Shown here piece after piece: positions 49,902-62,503 of a stretch of DNA of 64,000 nt (position 1 is the first letter of the stretch; each line of letters starts with the position of its first letter). The notes beneath the pieces are model-generated. The model searched no databases and had not been told where the DNA came from. It worked only from the letters and a program-made list of their open reading frames with translations. The DNA is from Octopus sinensis (lineage: Eukaryota): positions 67,146,001 through 67,210,000 of the forward strand of contig NC_043010.1 in NCBI RefSeq assembly GCF_006345805.1, read 5' to 3'. The position numbers and the translations under genes are program-made.

Positions 49902-50206
49902 GGTATTAAAATGATGACCTTTGAGCTGCATTTTCGTCTTGGGGAAAGAGATGGAAGTCTACAGGTGCTAAATCTGGTGAATGGGGTGGGTGCAGAAGCA
50001 ATATCATGTTGTTTTTGGTGAGAAACTCATGAGTGAGGAGAGCTCGGTGAAGGTGCATTGTTGTCAGTGAGAATCCATTTCTTCATGCTTCACAGATCCT
50101 GTCACTTTCGCCAAGTGTCCTCCTTCAAACATTTCAAAATGTCACAGTAGCACCTTCGATTAATGGTCTGGCCTTGGTAGATGAATTCTCGATGCACAAT
50201 ATCATG

Positions 50207-50236
<30 letters not shown>

Positions 50237-50237
<1 letters not shown>

Positions 50238-50540
50238 GAGGCGCAATGGCCCAGTGGTTAGGGCAGTGGACTCATGGTTGAAGGATCGTGGTTTCGATTC
50301 CCAGACCGGGCGTTGTGTGTGTTTATTGAGCAAAAACACCTAAAAGGTCCTCGAGGCTCTGGCAGGGACTGGTGGCGACCCCTGTTGTACTCTTTCACCA
50401 CAACTTTCTCTCACTCTCTCTTCCTGTTTCTTGAGTAACGCTACGATGGACTGGCGTCCCGTCCAGCTGGGGGGAACGCATACACAGAAACCAGGAAATC
50501 AGGCCCATGAGCCTGGCTAGGTTTGAAAAGGGCGACCTTT
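50237..50540 (+). mobile_element. tRNA-derived SINE family D; related copies 33592-33790(+), 38205-38545(-), 34195-34372(-), 22715-22915(-)
   Basis: Head GGAGGCGCAATGGCCCAGTGGTTAG...TTCGATTCCC. This copy contains CGATGGACTGGCGTCCCGTCCAG, which resembles the V-SINE domain (from memory). Confidence 0.75.
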
Positions 50541-51090
50541 ATCATTTTATATATATATATGTAAAAATTAACGCTTCTTTTTTCCGAGCTGAGATTCGAA
50601 ACCGAATCTAAGGATTCTTGCTCATCTGATCCAATACTGGCCAAACAGTGATGTTTGTGGTAGGTCTTCCAGATCGCTCATCGTCTTCTAGGGACGTTCT
50701 TCCGCTTTTATATATTTTTTAAATACTTCAAATTAAAAGGGTCTATTTCAACTGAAATGTGACAAAAGGGTTAAAACACTGCTGAACATGGTGTTCATTA
50801 ATCATCAGCATCAAAAGAGCATATTATCTGAGAGGAAATTATATAAAGCAGACTTTCATGATACTTGCAGTGGAGTTTGGATCCAAGATAAGAAATTTTG
50901 AAAGTACAGGTGCCTTGTCATTTTTGTTTGTGTTTTCACAACCTTGTCCCAGGGAGATAGTAGAAGAGACAATCGAAATAAAATTGAGATGATGCATATA
51001 CAAATGCATAAATAAATGGGTGCATGTGTGTGTGTGTGTATACACATTCATATACATATATATATATGTATGATTATGTATGTATATATA

Positions 51091-51133
<43 letters not shown>

Positions 51134-51934
51134 TATATATATAATATATATATATATATTGATTGATTGATTCTAGTTTCAGCTCACGAGCTGTGGCCAT
51201 GCTGGGGCATAATAACTAATATATGTATGTATACACATACATACATATATATATATATAGTGAGAATTTAAAAAAAAACAAAAAACGATGACAGGTGTGT
51301 AAACAACAAACAGGTGTATTAGTTTAACGTTCAGGAAGTGAGAAAGTCTTTTACGTTTCGAGCCTATAAACAGGGAGGAGTTGCATAATCAAATACCTGT
51401 ATTCTGGAGAATTTCATCGTGTTGAAACAATTATAGCAATTAATAAATAACTGTCCAACCCTACTCCTTCTTCTCAACTCCAATTTCTTTGATTTTATAT
51501 TCATACACAATGAATGGCCAAATTTAAACTTGGAAGTATATACTAATACTACCGATAGTACTGGGTAGTTCTGAAGGTGAATGAGCTTTATACTGTACTC
51601 TACCCTGTTTCTGATGGAATATAACATAACTATGTATATATAATACATATGCATGTTTGTATGTATACATATATACATGTATATAAATATATAGACACAC
51701 ACACATGTACACATATATATATAAGAATAGAATAAATAGAGTCAAAAGGAAGAGGAAGTACGATTCGACAGTTGTTTAATGACCACTGCACATGTTTTGA
51801 TACTACATAGATCCATATATATACTCTATTATTATTATTATTATTATTATTATTATCATCATCAGGCAATGACCTGAATAATAATAATAATAATAATGAT
51901 GATGATGATGATAATAATAATAATAATAGTAAAA

Positions 51935-52218
51935 AAAAAAGGTACTGAAACCTATTTGAAAATGATACCAGGCTTATCATCCCTACAGGAAGTGCAAAAA
52001 ATCATGTTAACTGGAACGGCTCATGTTCTGAGAAGAGCGTTATTGCTGTGAAAACAACATCCATTCATGAATTTATTTATTCATTAATTTTTTAAATACG
52101 TATTTTACCTGTGAATTTGCATGTGTAATCTGGGAATGCATACAATGAGCTTCTCTGCCCTAGGTGTATGGAAAACACTCGGCGAGAAATAGAAGAAAAT
52201 TGGAAGAAAGAAGGAAAA

Positions 52219-52250
<32 letters not shown>
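51935..52250 (+). mobile_element. Dong/R4-clade LINE 3' fragment
   Basis: KKGTETYLKMIPGLSSLQEVQKIMLTGTAHVLRRALLL* (stop 52049-51), a 3'UTR and a (TAA)n tail; sits within a (TAA)n tract. Confidence 0.75.
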
Positions 52251-52256
<6 letters not shown>

Positions 52257-52829
52257 TGACACCAACATCGAAAAATACCCTAGGAATGAGAACCTAGGTT
52301 CTTAATACTGAGATCAGCCTTCTCCACTTAGTCCTATGTCTTCCTAGGTCTCCTTTTTCTACAGATAATTGGCACTTCTTTATGCAGCTGATCTCATCCA
52401 TACATGTCACACATATCCACACCAGTGCAGCCTTCTTTCTCACACATTGCATCTTTGTTATTTTTGAGCTTTCTGATAACTCATCATGTCCGATGGCATC
52501 ACTTTGTCTCCAACAATTTGGTGTGACACCAGTGCAGAATCACCTCCCAACAAGTCCTCCTAACGAGACATCTGCGTTGGCTGGGTCATGCCCTCCTTCA
52601 TCAATCAGGAGAATTCATCTATGAAGCAAGTGCCCCAGCTCCCCTTCTGTGTTGGTGAAAGCAATGTGGTGAACAACGAAAAACCTGGCTGATGACAGTC
52701 AAGGCTGATCTGGAACCCAACCTAGGCCCCCATATCTACGGCATTCGCCACTGGAATAAGGAGTGGTTGGAGATCACGCGGTCATTAGCCTCAAATCGCC
52801 AGGTCTGGTCAGTGTTTATGTGAGATGCA

Positions 52830-53660
52830 GCATTGAGGATGAATGAAGCCAGCTCAACCCAGCCCAGGTGAATGCTGTCTCAAGACAAGACAAGACATTA
52901 TATCTGATTCTTCTTATATTTTTTCTCTCAGCTCATTTACATCATTCTTGCACACTTACCATTGTACATCCAGCAGAGTATTGCTGACTCAATTTTTTTC
53001 TTTTACCAATTTTCTCATATCCTCTGCAGTCATGGTTCATGTTTCACTACTATACAGCATTGCAGTTCTAACACATGCCTCATATAATCTACCTTCCACT
53101 CTGTAGGAAAAGACCTTCGTCACCATCAATGACTGTAGCATTCTGAACTTTCTCCAACCTGTTATTACTTTGGATATTATACATTCAGAACAACCACCCT
53201 ACCTGCTGATTATATCTCCAAAGTAACAAAAGCTATCATCTGTTACTACAGAAGTATCTGGGCATTTCAGAGAATCTATTTGTGTATTCATAGCATAGAA
53301 TGCTCCAGTGAGTCTCATATAAAACTTAGATCTTCTGTTAGCTTGCCTGTGATTCCACTGCATCCCTTGTGTATCAAAAGGCTTACATTAGGTACAGCAT
53401 ATGGAGTTTATAACTACTCCTTTTTCTCTATATTGAGCAAGGCCAATTCTCAAATGATACCAAAGACCTGTTGTTCCTATTTACTAAAACTTTAATCTTT
53501 GTTAAGTTTATCTTGAAAGCTTCAGATTCTAGGTTTAGCTCCCATGCCAGGAATTTAGGTTCTAATTCTGCAATGGATTCATCTATGAGAACTACGCCAT
53601 CAGCATATAGGAGTTCTCATAGACAGCCTGTCATAAACCTTTCCGTGTTAACCTGTAGGA
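52830..53660 (-). mobile_element. RTE-clade LINE reverse transcriptase fragment (decayed)
   Basis: ELLYADGVVLIDESIAELEPKFLAW...KINLTKIKVLV (YADD-like), followed by CYLGDII and YEACVRTAMLYSSETW. Confidence 0.85.
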
Positions 53661-54689
53661 TTTACAGGGTAATTCTGATAATTTATTAAACCCAGGAACA
53701 CTTGGACCAAGAATGCTTACATAACCATCTAAATAAATATATAGACTGAGACCCTATAACCTTGGCCATTTCTCTGATCTTATATAAAAGAATAAGATTT
53801 TTGAATTAAATTATGTGAATAATCACTGCTTTCTTACTTTTACTTTTTTTTTTGTTTTTGCAATAGTCAGTCCTTATTAAGTGGGCGGATCTATGATTAA
53901 AGGTATTCCAGCCTTTTCCATTTCGTCTTCCTACCAAAACACAATACACTTAAGACTTCACTGTCTCTGACAGTAAGACGTGATCTCGAAGGAAATTTAG
54001 CTTCTGTTTCTAGCGGCTGGAACCATCGTGTGGTGACTTTGCGAATGTATTTAAGGAAGAGAGATAATCGAATAGCAAGGGAAACAATTTAAAGGGAGAT
54101 AATGACATAAATGTAAGGGACGCAACTTCGTTAAAAATTGGGTGTGCAGCTCGATTACACTCCCCTCCTAAATAAAATATACCTTTTTGACTCGGCAAAG
54201 ACTTTTTTTTATTGATCTTCGTATTGACTTTCTTACATACTTCATTAGGGAACTCATTTTATCGATGTTTGTCGAATGGTAAAATTTTCCGTTTTTAGTG
54301 TTATGGAAATGAAACTCAACACACCGCCTCATAGTGGTATTCACTTACGCGCATACACATATTTACACACACACATGTACACATATACACGTAGCATTCT
54401 CTCACTCGATATATATATATATATACATATATTTTCTTTACTGCCCACAAGGGGCTAAACATAGAGGGGACAAACAAGGACAGACAAAGGGATTAAGTCG
54501 ATTATATCGACCCCAGTGCATAACTGGTGTTTATTTATCGACCCCGAAAGGATGCAAGGCAAAGTCAACCTCAGCGGAATTTAAACTCAGAACGTAACGA
54601 CAGACGAAATACCGCCAAGCATTTCTCCCTGCGCGCTAACGTTTCTGCCAGCTCGCCTTATATATATGTATTGTGTATATATATAATAT

Positions 54690-54735
<46 letters not shown>

Positions 54736-54816
54736 ATATTATATATATATATATAATAATTAGCAGAAGCCAGAGAGTGGCTCAAGGTCCGGGAGTTTCG
54801 TGTGTTGGTACATACC

Positions 54817-55607
54817 CGAGGTGATATCAAAAAGTTCCAAGACTATTTATGTTTAATAAAAAATAATTTATTTACCAAAATTTTAACATCATCTCCTTCG
54901 AGCAATACACCACTCCCACCATTTCTGCCATCTTTGGAATCCAGCCTGGAGGTCGTTTTCCGTAAGCGAGTCGAGGACCTTCTGCGATTCGCTCTTGATC
55001 TCGACAACGGTGTTAAAACGGCGACCTTTGAGCTGCATTTTGAGATGTGAGAAGAGATAGAAGTCTGAAGTCTGGCGAATAGGATGGGTGAGGAAGCGAT
55101 ACCATTTTATTTTTGGCGAGAAACTCACAAATGAGGAGGGCTCGATGGCAAAGTGCATTTCTTCCAGGACTTTAGGTTTGCCTGCCCGGACCCATACGAC
55201 AAACTAACAACACCAGAAATGTGACAAGTGTTCCAGCTCGCTCATCATCTTCTATGGATGTTCTGCCGCATTTGAAGCGCCCATGACACTCGATACATTG
55301 CGTACGACCCGTTAGCTCATCGCCGTAAGCTTACCGAAGCATGCTCAATGTCTGTGTAGCAAACTTCCCAAGTTTAACGCAAAATTTCACATTGGCTTTT
55401 TGTTTTTGTCCATGACAATATCGCAGACTACAGCGCACACGTGATCACAAAAACACAAATTTTACAACTTGCGAAGTAAACACAGTGATGTCACTCATCA
55501 CACTGCTTCATAAAGGTCACTGGTAGCTCTCACTTCGCATGTAACCGTCTGCTGCCATCTGTTGGCGCGCTACAGAACTAGTTCGGAAACATCTTGATAC
55601 CACCTCG
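54817..55607 (-). mobile_element. Internally deleted mariner
   Basis: TIRs CGAGGTG.TATCAA.A.GTT with TA flanks. SDFYLFSHLKMQLKGRRFNTVVEIK...FQRWQKWWEWCI is the mariner transposase C-terminus. Confidence 0.85.
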
Positions 55608-56033
55608 TAGGCGTATCTTATCGTGAAATGTTCGAAATACGGATTAGAAAAAAGGCCAACAACTGGTGAAGTGTCGTTCCTTGTGTTGCTTGCCTTGTTT
55701 TCCATTTGTTTCTTTCGTTGCTCGCATAAAAAGTCCTTATTCCATGTCCTTGTACATCGTTTTTTTTTGTTGTTTATGTTTTGTGACGTCCTGTGCCCAT
55801 ATATGCAGATGTATATGCGTATACATGTAAGTATATACGTATACGTATGTATATATGCACATATATATATCATTTCATATATATATATATAAATTATAAT
55901 TTAGGGTATCTACGAGATACCGCCATGCTGAAAATAGCAGCCAAAATCTGACTCTAAAACTGCCATAAATGTTCATACAGCACAAGTAGAGAAGACAAAA
56001 AGACAAAATAAACTAACAAAAAATTACTGGATA

Positions 56034-56092
56034 ATTCCAGATCCCGGATTTCTGGCTTTGCATTTAGAAATGCTTTGCCTCATCAGTGGAAT
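56034..56092 (-). ncRNA. Type I hammerhead motif with one extra A before GAAA
   Basis: ATTCCA-CTGATGA-GGC...GCC-A-GAAA-TC-CGG-GA-T-C-TGGAAT. 6-bp stem I and AUC triplet. Confidence 0.65.
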
Positions 56093-56509
56093 ATACGCAG
56101 AAAGTAACATAAATACACACATATATATACATACAACATACGAATACTTACATTTACGAACGTATACATACATATATATGTACGTATGCAACACAACCAG
56201 TTTAAATTGTCCGCTTCGTAACTCCCCGTGTGATATGGTTAAAACATCACCGCAGTAAATACAATGACGAAATATCCATCCCCAAAATATATTACAGAAG
56301 TTTTGAGACCTTTTAGGAGAGGCAGTTGTAACGGTCCCTGAATTATTGTAATTTTAGTATATCATTAATATACATCAAATAAGCTAACCTGCCAACTTTT
56401 ATTATTTCAGATCCAAGGAGATGGTTGTAACACCACATTGAACACACCTTACTAAACGCTGCTTGTTACAGCTGACTCGTCTGCAGAAGCGGTCGGGACG
56501 TAAAGCCAA

Positions 56510-56850
56510 TTTGGAAGCTTACTATGAAATAAAGTTTTGTGTTAAACTGGGTAAAAACGCTACATAAACTTATGAAATGCTCCGGACTGCTTAAGGATAA
56601 AGTCGTATGTGCCGAGCATCTATTTTGCGCTGGCAGAAGAGGCTAGGCAAAGTAAGTCAAACGGAAAGCTTAGCAAGGACATCATAACAGCAGGGTATCC
56701 TCGATAGCAAGGGTATCATCTACATCCACTAGGTTCCCCTAGACAAATAGTCAACAAAAAGTACGTTGTCGGGGTTTTGAGGGGCTTCTAAAAGAGATTT
56801 TGTTGCAACAGGCCAAAGCACCTGCACTAGTCCACAATTCCATCCTGGTA
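56510..56850 (+). mobile_element. Mariner transposase remnants (HTH and catalytic pieces)
   Basis: EIKFCVKLGKNAT*TYEMLRTA and DSKGIIYIH*VP...VNKKY. Confidence 0.75.
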
Positions 56851-56899
56851 TTTTTTTTCTCTAGTTTCAGCTCAGAGCTACGGCCATGCTGACGCACCG

Positions 56900-57340
56900 C
56901 CGTTTTGCTTCACTGTTATTACTAAGAGCCTCCTCTAATATGTGGCACTTGGTGAAGCATGGAGTTTGGTATAGCTACCTTCATTTGCACCTCTTGCCGT
57001 GATGTAGGTTCATCTGGGACTCTCGACAGAAAGAGGCCCAGCTTTGATTTAAAAACCCCTACATCTACTTTGTGCAAGTTCCTCAGACTCTTGGAGAATA
57101 TTAAAAAGCTGTGGGCCTTGAAACCAGGCTGTTGCAGTAAATGGTCCTGAGAACGTGATGGCATTGCTGGGACCTTTGGCACTATGCAGTGTCGTCCCGT
57201 TCTGGAATTGGTGTAGCTTTCAATGCCAAAATTTGGCACAATCCCTTCCAGGATCTTCCAGATGTATATTACTGCATACCTCTCCCGTCTTCTCTCCAGG
57301 GAGAAGAGTCTTAACTGTTTCAACCTTTCCCAGTAGCTGA
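56900..57340 (-). mobile_element. CR1-group LINE, RT C-terminal fragment
   Basis: LKQLRLFSLERRRERYAVIYIWKILEG motif (the L.SLE.RR pattern of CR1/L2-group ORF2 ends). Confidence 0.82.
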
Positions 57341-57695
57341 ACTGTATTATTAATGTATATTTTCTATTTTCTCTCCCTGTTTATTTCTGTGTTCCTTTCT
57401 GTCAAAGAGCGTAGGCTCGAAACGTAAAAGACATTCTCACTCTCCGAGTGTTAAACTAATACACCTGTTTATTGTTTACACACCCGTCTTCATCTTTTTT
57501 TTTTGTAAATTCTCAAGGAGTGGCTGTGCGGTAAGTAGCTTGATTACCAACCACATGGTTCCGGGTTCAGTCCCACTGCATGGCACTTTGGGCAAGTGTC
57601 TTCTACTATAGCCTCGGGCTGACCAAAGCCTTGTGAGTGGATTTGGTAGACAGAAACTGAAAGAAGCCCGTCGTATATATGTGTGTATGTATATA

Positions 57696-58186
57696 CAGTT
57701 GCGGCCAAAAAATCTGCTGACGAATTGGTAACGGAGTAAGTGGCATCATATTAACAAAGTACACTGCAGATATTCTTACTAATGTTTAGTAAACGAACCG
57801 TCACGTAAACAAATTCAAAACATTAGAGTTCGGCGGTTAAGCTTCGAAAGAAGGATAATTTAAGTATTGGGTCTATTACAAAGATTGTTAACAAGTCAAA
57901 ACGTGTTGTTCACGGTATTCTTAAGGTCTACGATGATTGTGGTTCGTGTGAAGCAAGAAAGTATACAGGTAGGCCAAGAAAAACGACCATAGGTTTTGCA
58001 GTAAATCACTAAATCATCCATAACTTTTGTATTATCCTCTCAAATTACACCAAAATCTCAGACAATAACGAATAATATCGTATTTATTGTCTGTGAAAAT
58101 TATAGAATATAAAACAACTTTGATAAAAAGCTATACCTACTTTTCTGACGAAAACAATGTCGTTCTGAACATTTTGGCCGCAACTG
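57696..58186 (+). mobile_element. Tc1-type deletion derivative nested in SINE B
   Basis: TIR CAGTTGCGGCCAAAA with TA TSDs. Encodes an HTH remnant KDNLSIGSITKIVNKSKRVVHGILKVY...GRPRKTT. Confidence 0.85.
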
Positions 58187-58566
58187 TATATATATTTGTG
58201 TGTCTGTGTTTGTCCCCCCAACATTGCTTGATAACCGATGTTGGTGTGTTTACGTCCCCGTAACTTAGTGGTTCGGCAAAAGAGACCGGTAATCGGTGTT
58301 GCGGCCAAAATGTTCAGAACGACATTGTTTTCGTCAGAAAAGTAGGTATATATATATATATATATATATACGACGGGCTTCTTTCAGTTTCCGTCTATCA
58401 AATCCACTCACAATGCTTTGGTCAGCCCAAGGCTATAGTAGATGACACTTGCTCAAGGTACCACGCAGTGGGACTGAACCCGGAACCATGTGGTTGGGAA
58501 GCAAACTTCTTACCACGCATCTTGTTAAAATTTCTCATCAACCATATAGTTTTCACAGAGTGTTAG

Positions 58567-58666
58567 NNNNNNNNNNNNNNNNNNNNNNNNNNNNNNNNNN
58601 NNNNNNNNNNNNNNNNNNNNNNNNNNNNNNNNNNNNNNNNNNNNNNNNNNNNNNNNNNNNNNNNNN
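58567..58666. other. Assembly gap (100 N)
   Basis: Run of exactly 100 N, a typical placeholder for a gap of unknown size. Confidence 0.99.
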
Positions 58667-60516
58667 GATGTCTTTGATTACGGCTTTATTCTGGTGGGTC
58701 GCCAGAACAATTGATGTTTCAAAACTAGTTTTATAGACATTTTTTTACTCTTTTATTTGTTTCAGTCATTTGACTGTGGCCATGCTAGAGCACTACCTTT
58801 AGTCGAGTCAAATAAATTGACCCCAGGACTTATTCTTTGTAAGTTTAGTACTTATTCTATCGGTCTCTTTTTGCTGAACTGTTAAATTACAAACCAACAT
58901 TGGTTGTCAAGTGATGGTGGGGGGATCAAACACAGACACAAACAACAAACACATACATATATACACACATACATGTGTATATATATATATATTATATATA
59001 TATATATACGACGGGCTTGTTTCAGTTTCTTATTTCTTTATAGCCCACAAGAGGCTAAACATAGAGGGGACAAACAAGGACAAAGGGATTAAGTTGATTA
59101 CATCGATCCCAGTGTGTAACTGGTACTTAATTTATCGACCCTGAAAGGAATTTGAACTCAGAACGTAATGGCAGATGAAATATCACTAAGCATTTCGCCC
59201 GGCGTGCTGACATTTCTGCCAGCTCGCTGCCTTCTTTCAGTTTCTGTCTACCAAATCCACTCACAAAGCTTTGGTCAGCCCGAGACTATAGTAGAAGACA
59301 CTTGCCCAAGGTGCCATGCAGTGGGACTGAACCCAGTACCATGTGTTTGGGAAGCAAGCTACTTACCACATAGCCACTCCTGTGCATACTAATACATACA
59401 TTTAAAGAAGGGTTTCTCAACCATTTTTTATATGTGGAGTCCTTTGATTACTCTTATATTCTGGTGGACCCCAGAACCATTTGAGAAAGAAACCTGGTTG
59501 TTTCTTACAATATATACCAATACATACATCCAAAACAGGGGTTTTCCACCATTTTTTATGTATGGAGCCCTTTACCTGTTTCTTGTAATACATACCAATA
59601 CATACATCTTAAGCATATTTTTTTCAGGGGCCCTTAAAATACTATTGTGTTTCACCAATTAACTATTTTGATGTCGACCCCAAAAATCTTATATGGACCC
59701 TAGTTAAGAAACATTAGTTTATACATGGCTGATATTGCCTTTTGCCCCTCCAAATCTTAATGAATGAATACTAAATTAAATATTTAATTGTACTCAACAA
59801 GATTCTGCTTGTGCAATTATCGTTATCTTAATCAACATTGTCATCTTCGTCTTAATGTATGCTTTCCATACTAGCATGGATTGGATGGAATTTGTTGAGG
59901 CAGGTTTTCTGTGGTTGGGTACTTTTCCTATCACTCAACCCTCGTCTGTTTCCAAGTATGGTAATATTTCCCCATGAACAAAAGTGTTTTCATGGAAGAC
60001 TGAATTTGAAGGACACCACTTGTATAACAGTGACACTCATTTACAACTATCATGTGATATCAAGACAAGGTGACAGTAACACATAAGCACATATGTGTAT
60101 ATGTGTGTGTATATATATATATATTCTTTTTTTACTCTTTTACTTGTTTCAGTCATTTGACTGTGGCCATGCTGGAGCACCGCCATTTAGTCGAGCAAAT
60201 CGATCCCAGGACTTATTCTTTGTAAGCCTAGTACTTATTCTATCAGTCTCTTTTGCCAAGCTGCTAAGTTACGGGGACGTAAACACACTAGCATCAGTTG
60301 TCAAGCGACGTTAGGGGGACAAATACAAACACAAACGCATATATTCATATACATATATATGGCGGGCTTCTTTCAGTTTCCGTCTACCAAATCCACTCAC
60401 AAGGCTTTGGTCGGCCCGAGGCTATAGTAGAAGACACTTGCCCATGGTGTCATGCAGTGGAACTGAACCCGGAACCCTGTGGTTGGTAAGCAAGCTACTT
60501 ACCACACAGCCACTCT

Positions 60517-60562
<46 letters not shown>

Positions 60563-61218
60563 TATACACACATACATACATACATATATATATATACATA
60601 TGTACATTTGCACACACACACAAAACAAGTGTATTTCAGTTTTCCTTCTACCAAATCCACTTCGGTTGACCCAGGGCTTTAGTGGAAGACACTTACCCAA
60701 GTTGCCCCACATTATACCATTTGGTATGAAAAAAAATAAATGACAATTTCTCAAATTGGCACATTGGAAATTTAATGTCAAGTGTGTGACTGGCATTTAT
60801 TTTATCAAACCAAGAGAGAAGTGGAGAAGCAACATTTCCCCTGGTGTGATTTGAACTCAGAACATAAAAAGACATAAACAAATACCACACACAACACTGT
60901 GGTTCTCAAACGGGGTCTGTATGACGCTTGGGGTTCCGTATAAGGTTTTGTTGTTAAAAATTTATGTGCAATGAATTGTTAATTCTTCACCAAATACACA
61001 AAATATTTTAGTAATGTTTTTTTTAATACAATTCCTAATAGTATTCTCTTCTTAGTCTTTTACTTGTTTCAGTAATTTGACTGTGGCCATGCTGGAGCAC
61101 CGCCTTCAGTTGAACAAATTATCCCCAGGACTTATTCTGTCAGTATCTGTTGCCAAACTGCTAAGTTATGGGATGTCAAAGCGATGGTGGGGAGGACAAA
61201 CACAGACACATATAAACA

Positions 61219-61249
<31 letters not shown>

Positions 61250-62224
61250 TATGTGTGTGTGACAGGTTTCTTTCAGTTTCCATCTACCAAATCCACTTAT
61301 AAGGCTTTGGTCAGCCTGAGGCTATAGTAGAAGACACTTGCCCAAGGTGTCATGAAGTGGGACTGAACCCAGAGCCATGTGGTTGGTAAGCAAGCTTCTT
61401 CTCACAGCCACTCCTGTGCCTATTCAATTATTAAAATATAAAAAAATATTTTTTTTAAACATCGAATGGCCAAGAGGGTCCAGTAGAGTAAAATAAAAAA
61501 CAAAGGGGTCCATAGGAGAAAAAGGGTTGAAAAACACTGATCTAACACAATCGTTTCTGCTACAACAACAATAATAGTAATTGTTTTTAATTTAAGCATA
61601 AAGCCATCAGTTTTGAAAGTTTTGAAGGGAGGTGGTTAGTCAATAAGACTGATTCCCCAGTATTTAACTGGTATTTTATTTAAGTGGCCCAAAATAATGA
61701 AATACATAGTTGAATATGGCAAGATTTGAACTCAGAACATGAATAATTGGAATACCATTAACCATTTTTTTTTTTTTAACGTTCTAACAATTTTGCCAGG
61801 CAGGACCCTTAATAACAGATAAAATAGTTAGTGTGTCAGACAAAATGCTCAGTGGCATTTCTTTCAGTCCCCTATGTTCTGATTTCAAATCCTGCTGATG
61901 TCAGCTTTGCCTTTCATTCTTTTAGAGTCAATAAAATTAGCGCCAATTGAGAACAGGGGTTGATGTAATTGACTTTCCCCTTCTCCTAAAACTGCTGGAC
62001 TTGGGCCAAAAATCTAGAACCATTAATATTTTCTTATTATTAAGACTATTAAATATCCATTCATACACACAACAGAAAAAAAATGTAGTCAAATAAATGG
62101 GAATGGACAAAAGGAATGTTATATTAAAATTAGGTGAGGTTAGAGATGTTATGCAAAGAATAATTAGACATGTTAAAAACTTGATATAATTAAACACAGA
62201 ATAGACAGATAATAATTTAAACAC

Positions 62225-62503
62225 ATTCTGTTGAGTCTGGGGAGAGTCATTTTCTTTTTGTGCCTTATAATTTAACAAACACACTGGTAAAATTTCCACT
62301 TATTTCGTCTTTTTATTTTCCTAAAATTTTCGTTGTGTCTTGCAACCTTTTCAATAGTCTTGAGTCATGACTATTGAAAAGGTTGCAAGACACAACGAAA
62401 ATTTTAGGAAAATAAAATTAAGAAATAAGTGGAAATTTTACCGGTGAGTGTGTTAAATCATAAGGCACAAAAAGAAAATGACTCTCCCCAGACACAACAG
62501 AAT
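62225..62503. repeat. Fold-back palindrome (~135-bp arms); related shorter copy 35159-35362
   Basis: The arms are reverse complements centred near 62365. Confidence 0.9.

Larger units (their letters stand above)
48425..50710 (-). mobile_element. Decayed mariner hosting nested insertions
   Basis: TIR-like CAAGGTAGTATCAAAAACTCC at 48425, collinear with the 54817 copy once inserts are removed. The HTH-region motif KSGRTSLEDDERSGRP is at ~50650-50710. Confidence 0.7.

Noticed and set aside
50237-50310. Functional tRNA genes (also the heads of SINE families A, B and E)
   Set aside because: A/B boxes only, with no complete cloverleaf. Each continues into a SINE body.
58449-58736. ORF spanning the N run
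   Set aside because: Artefact of the assembly gap.
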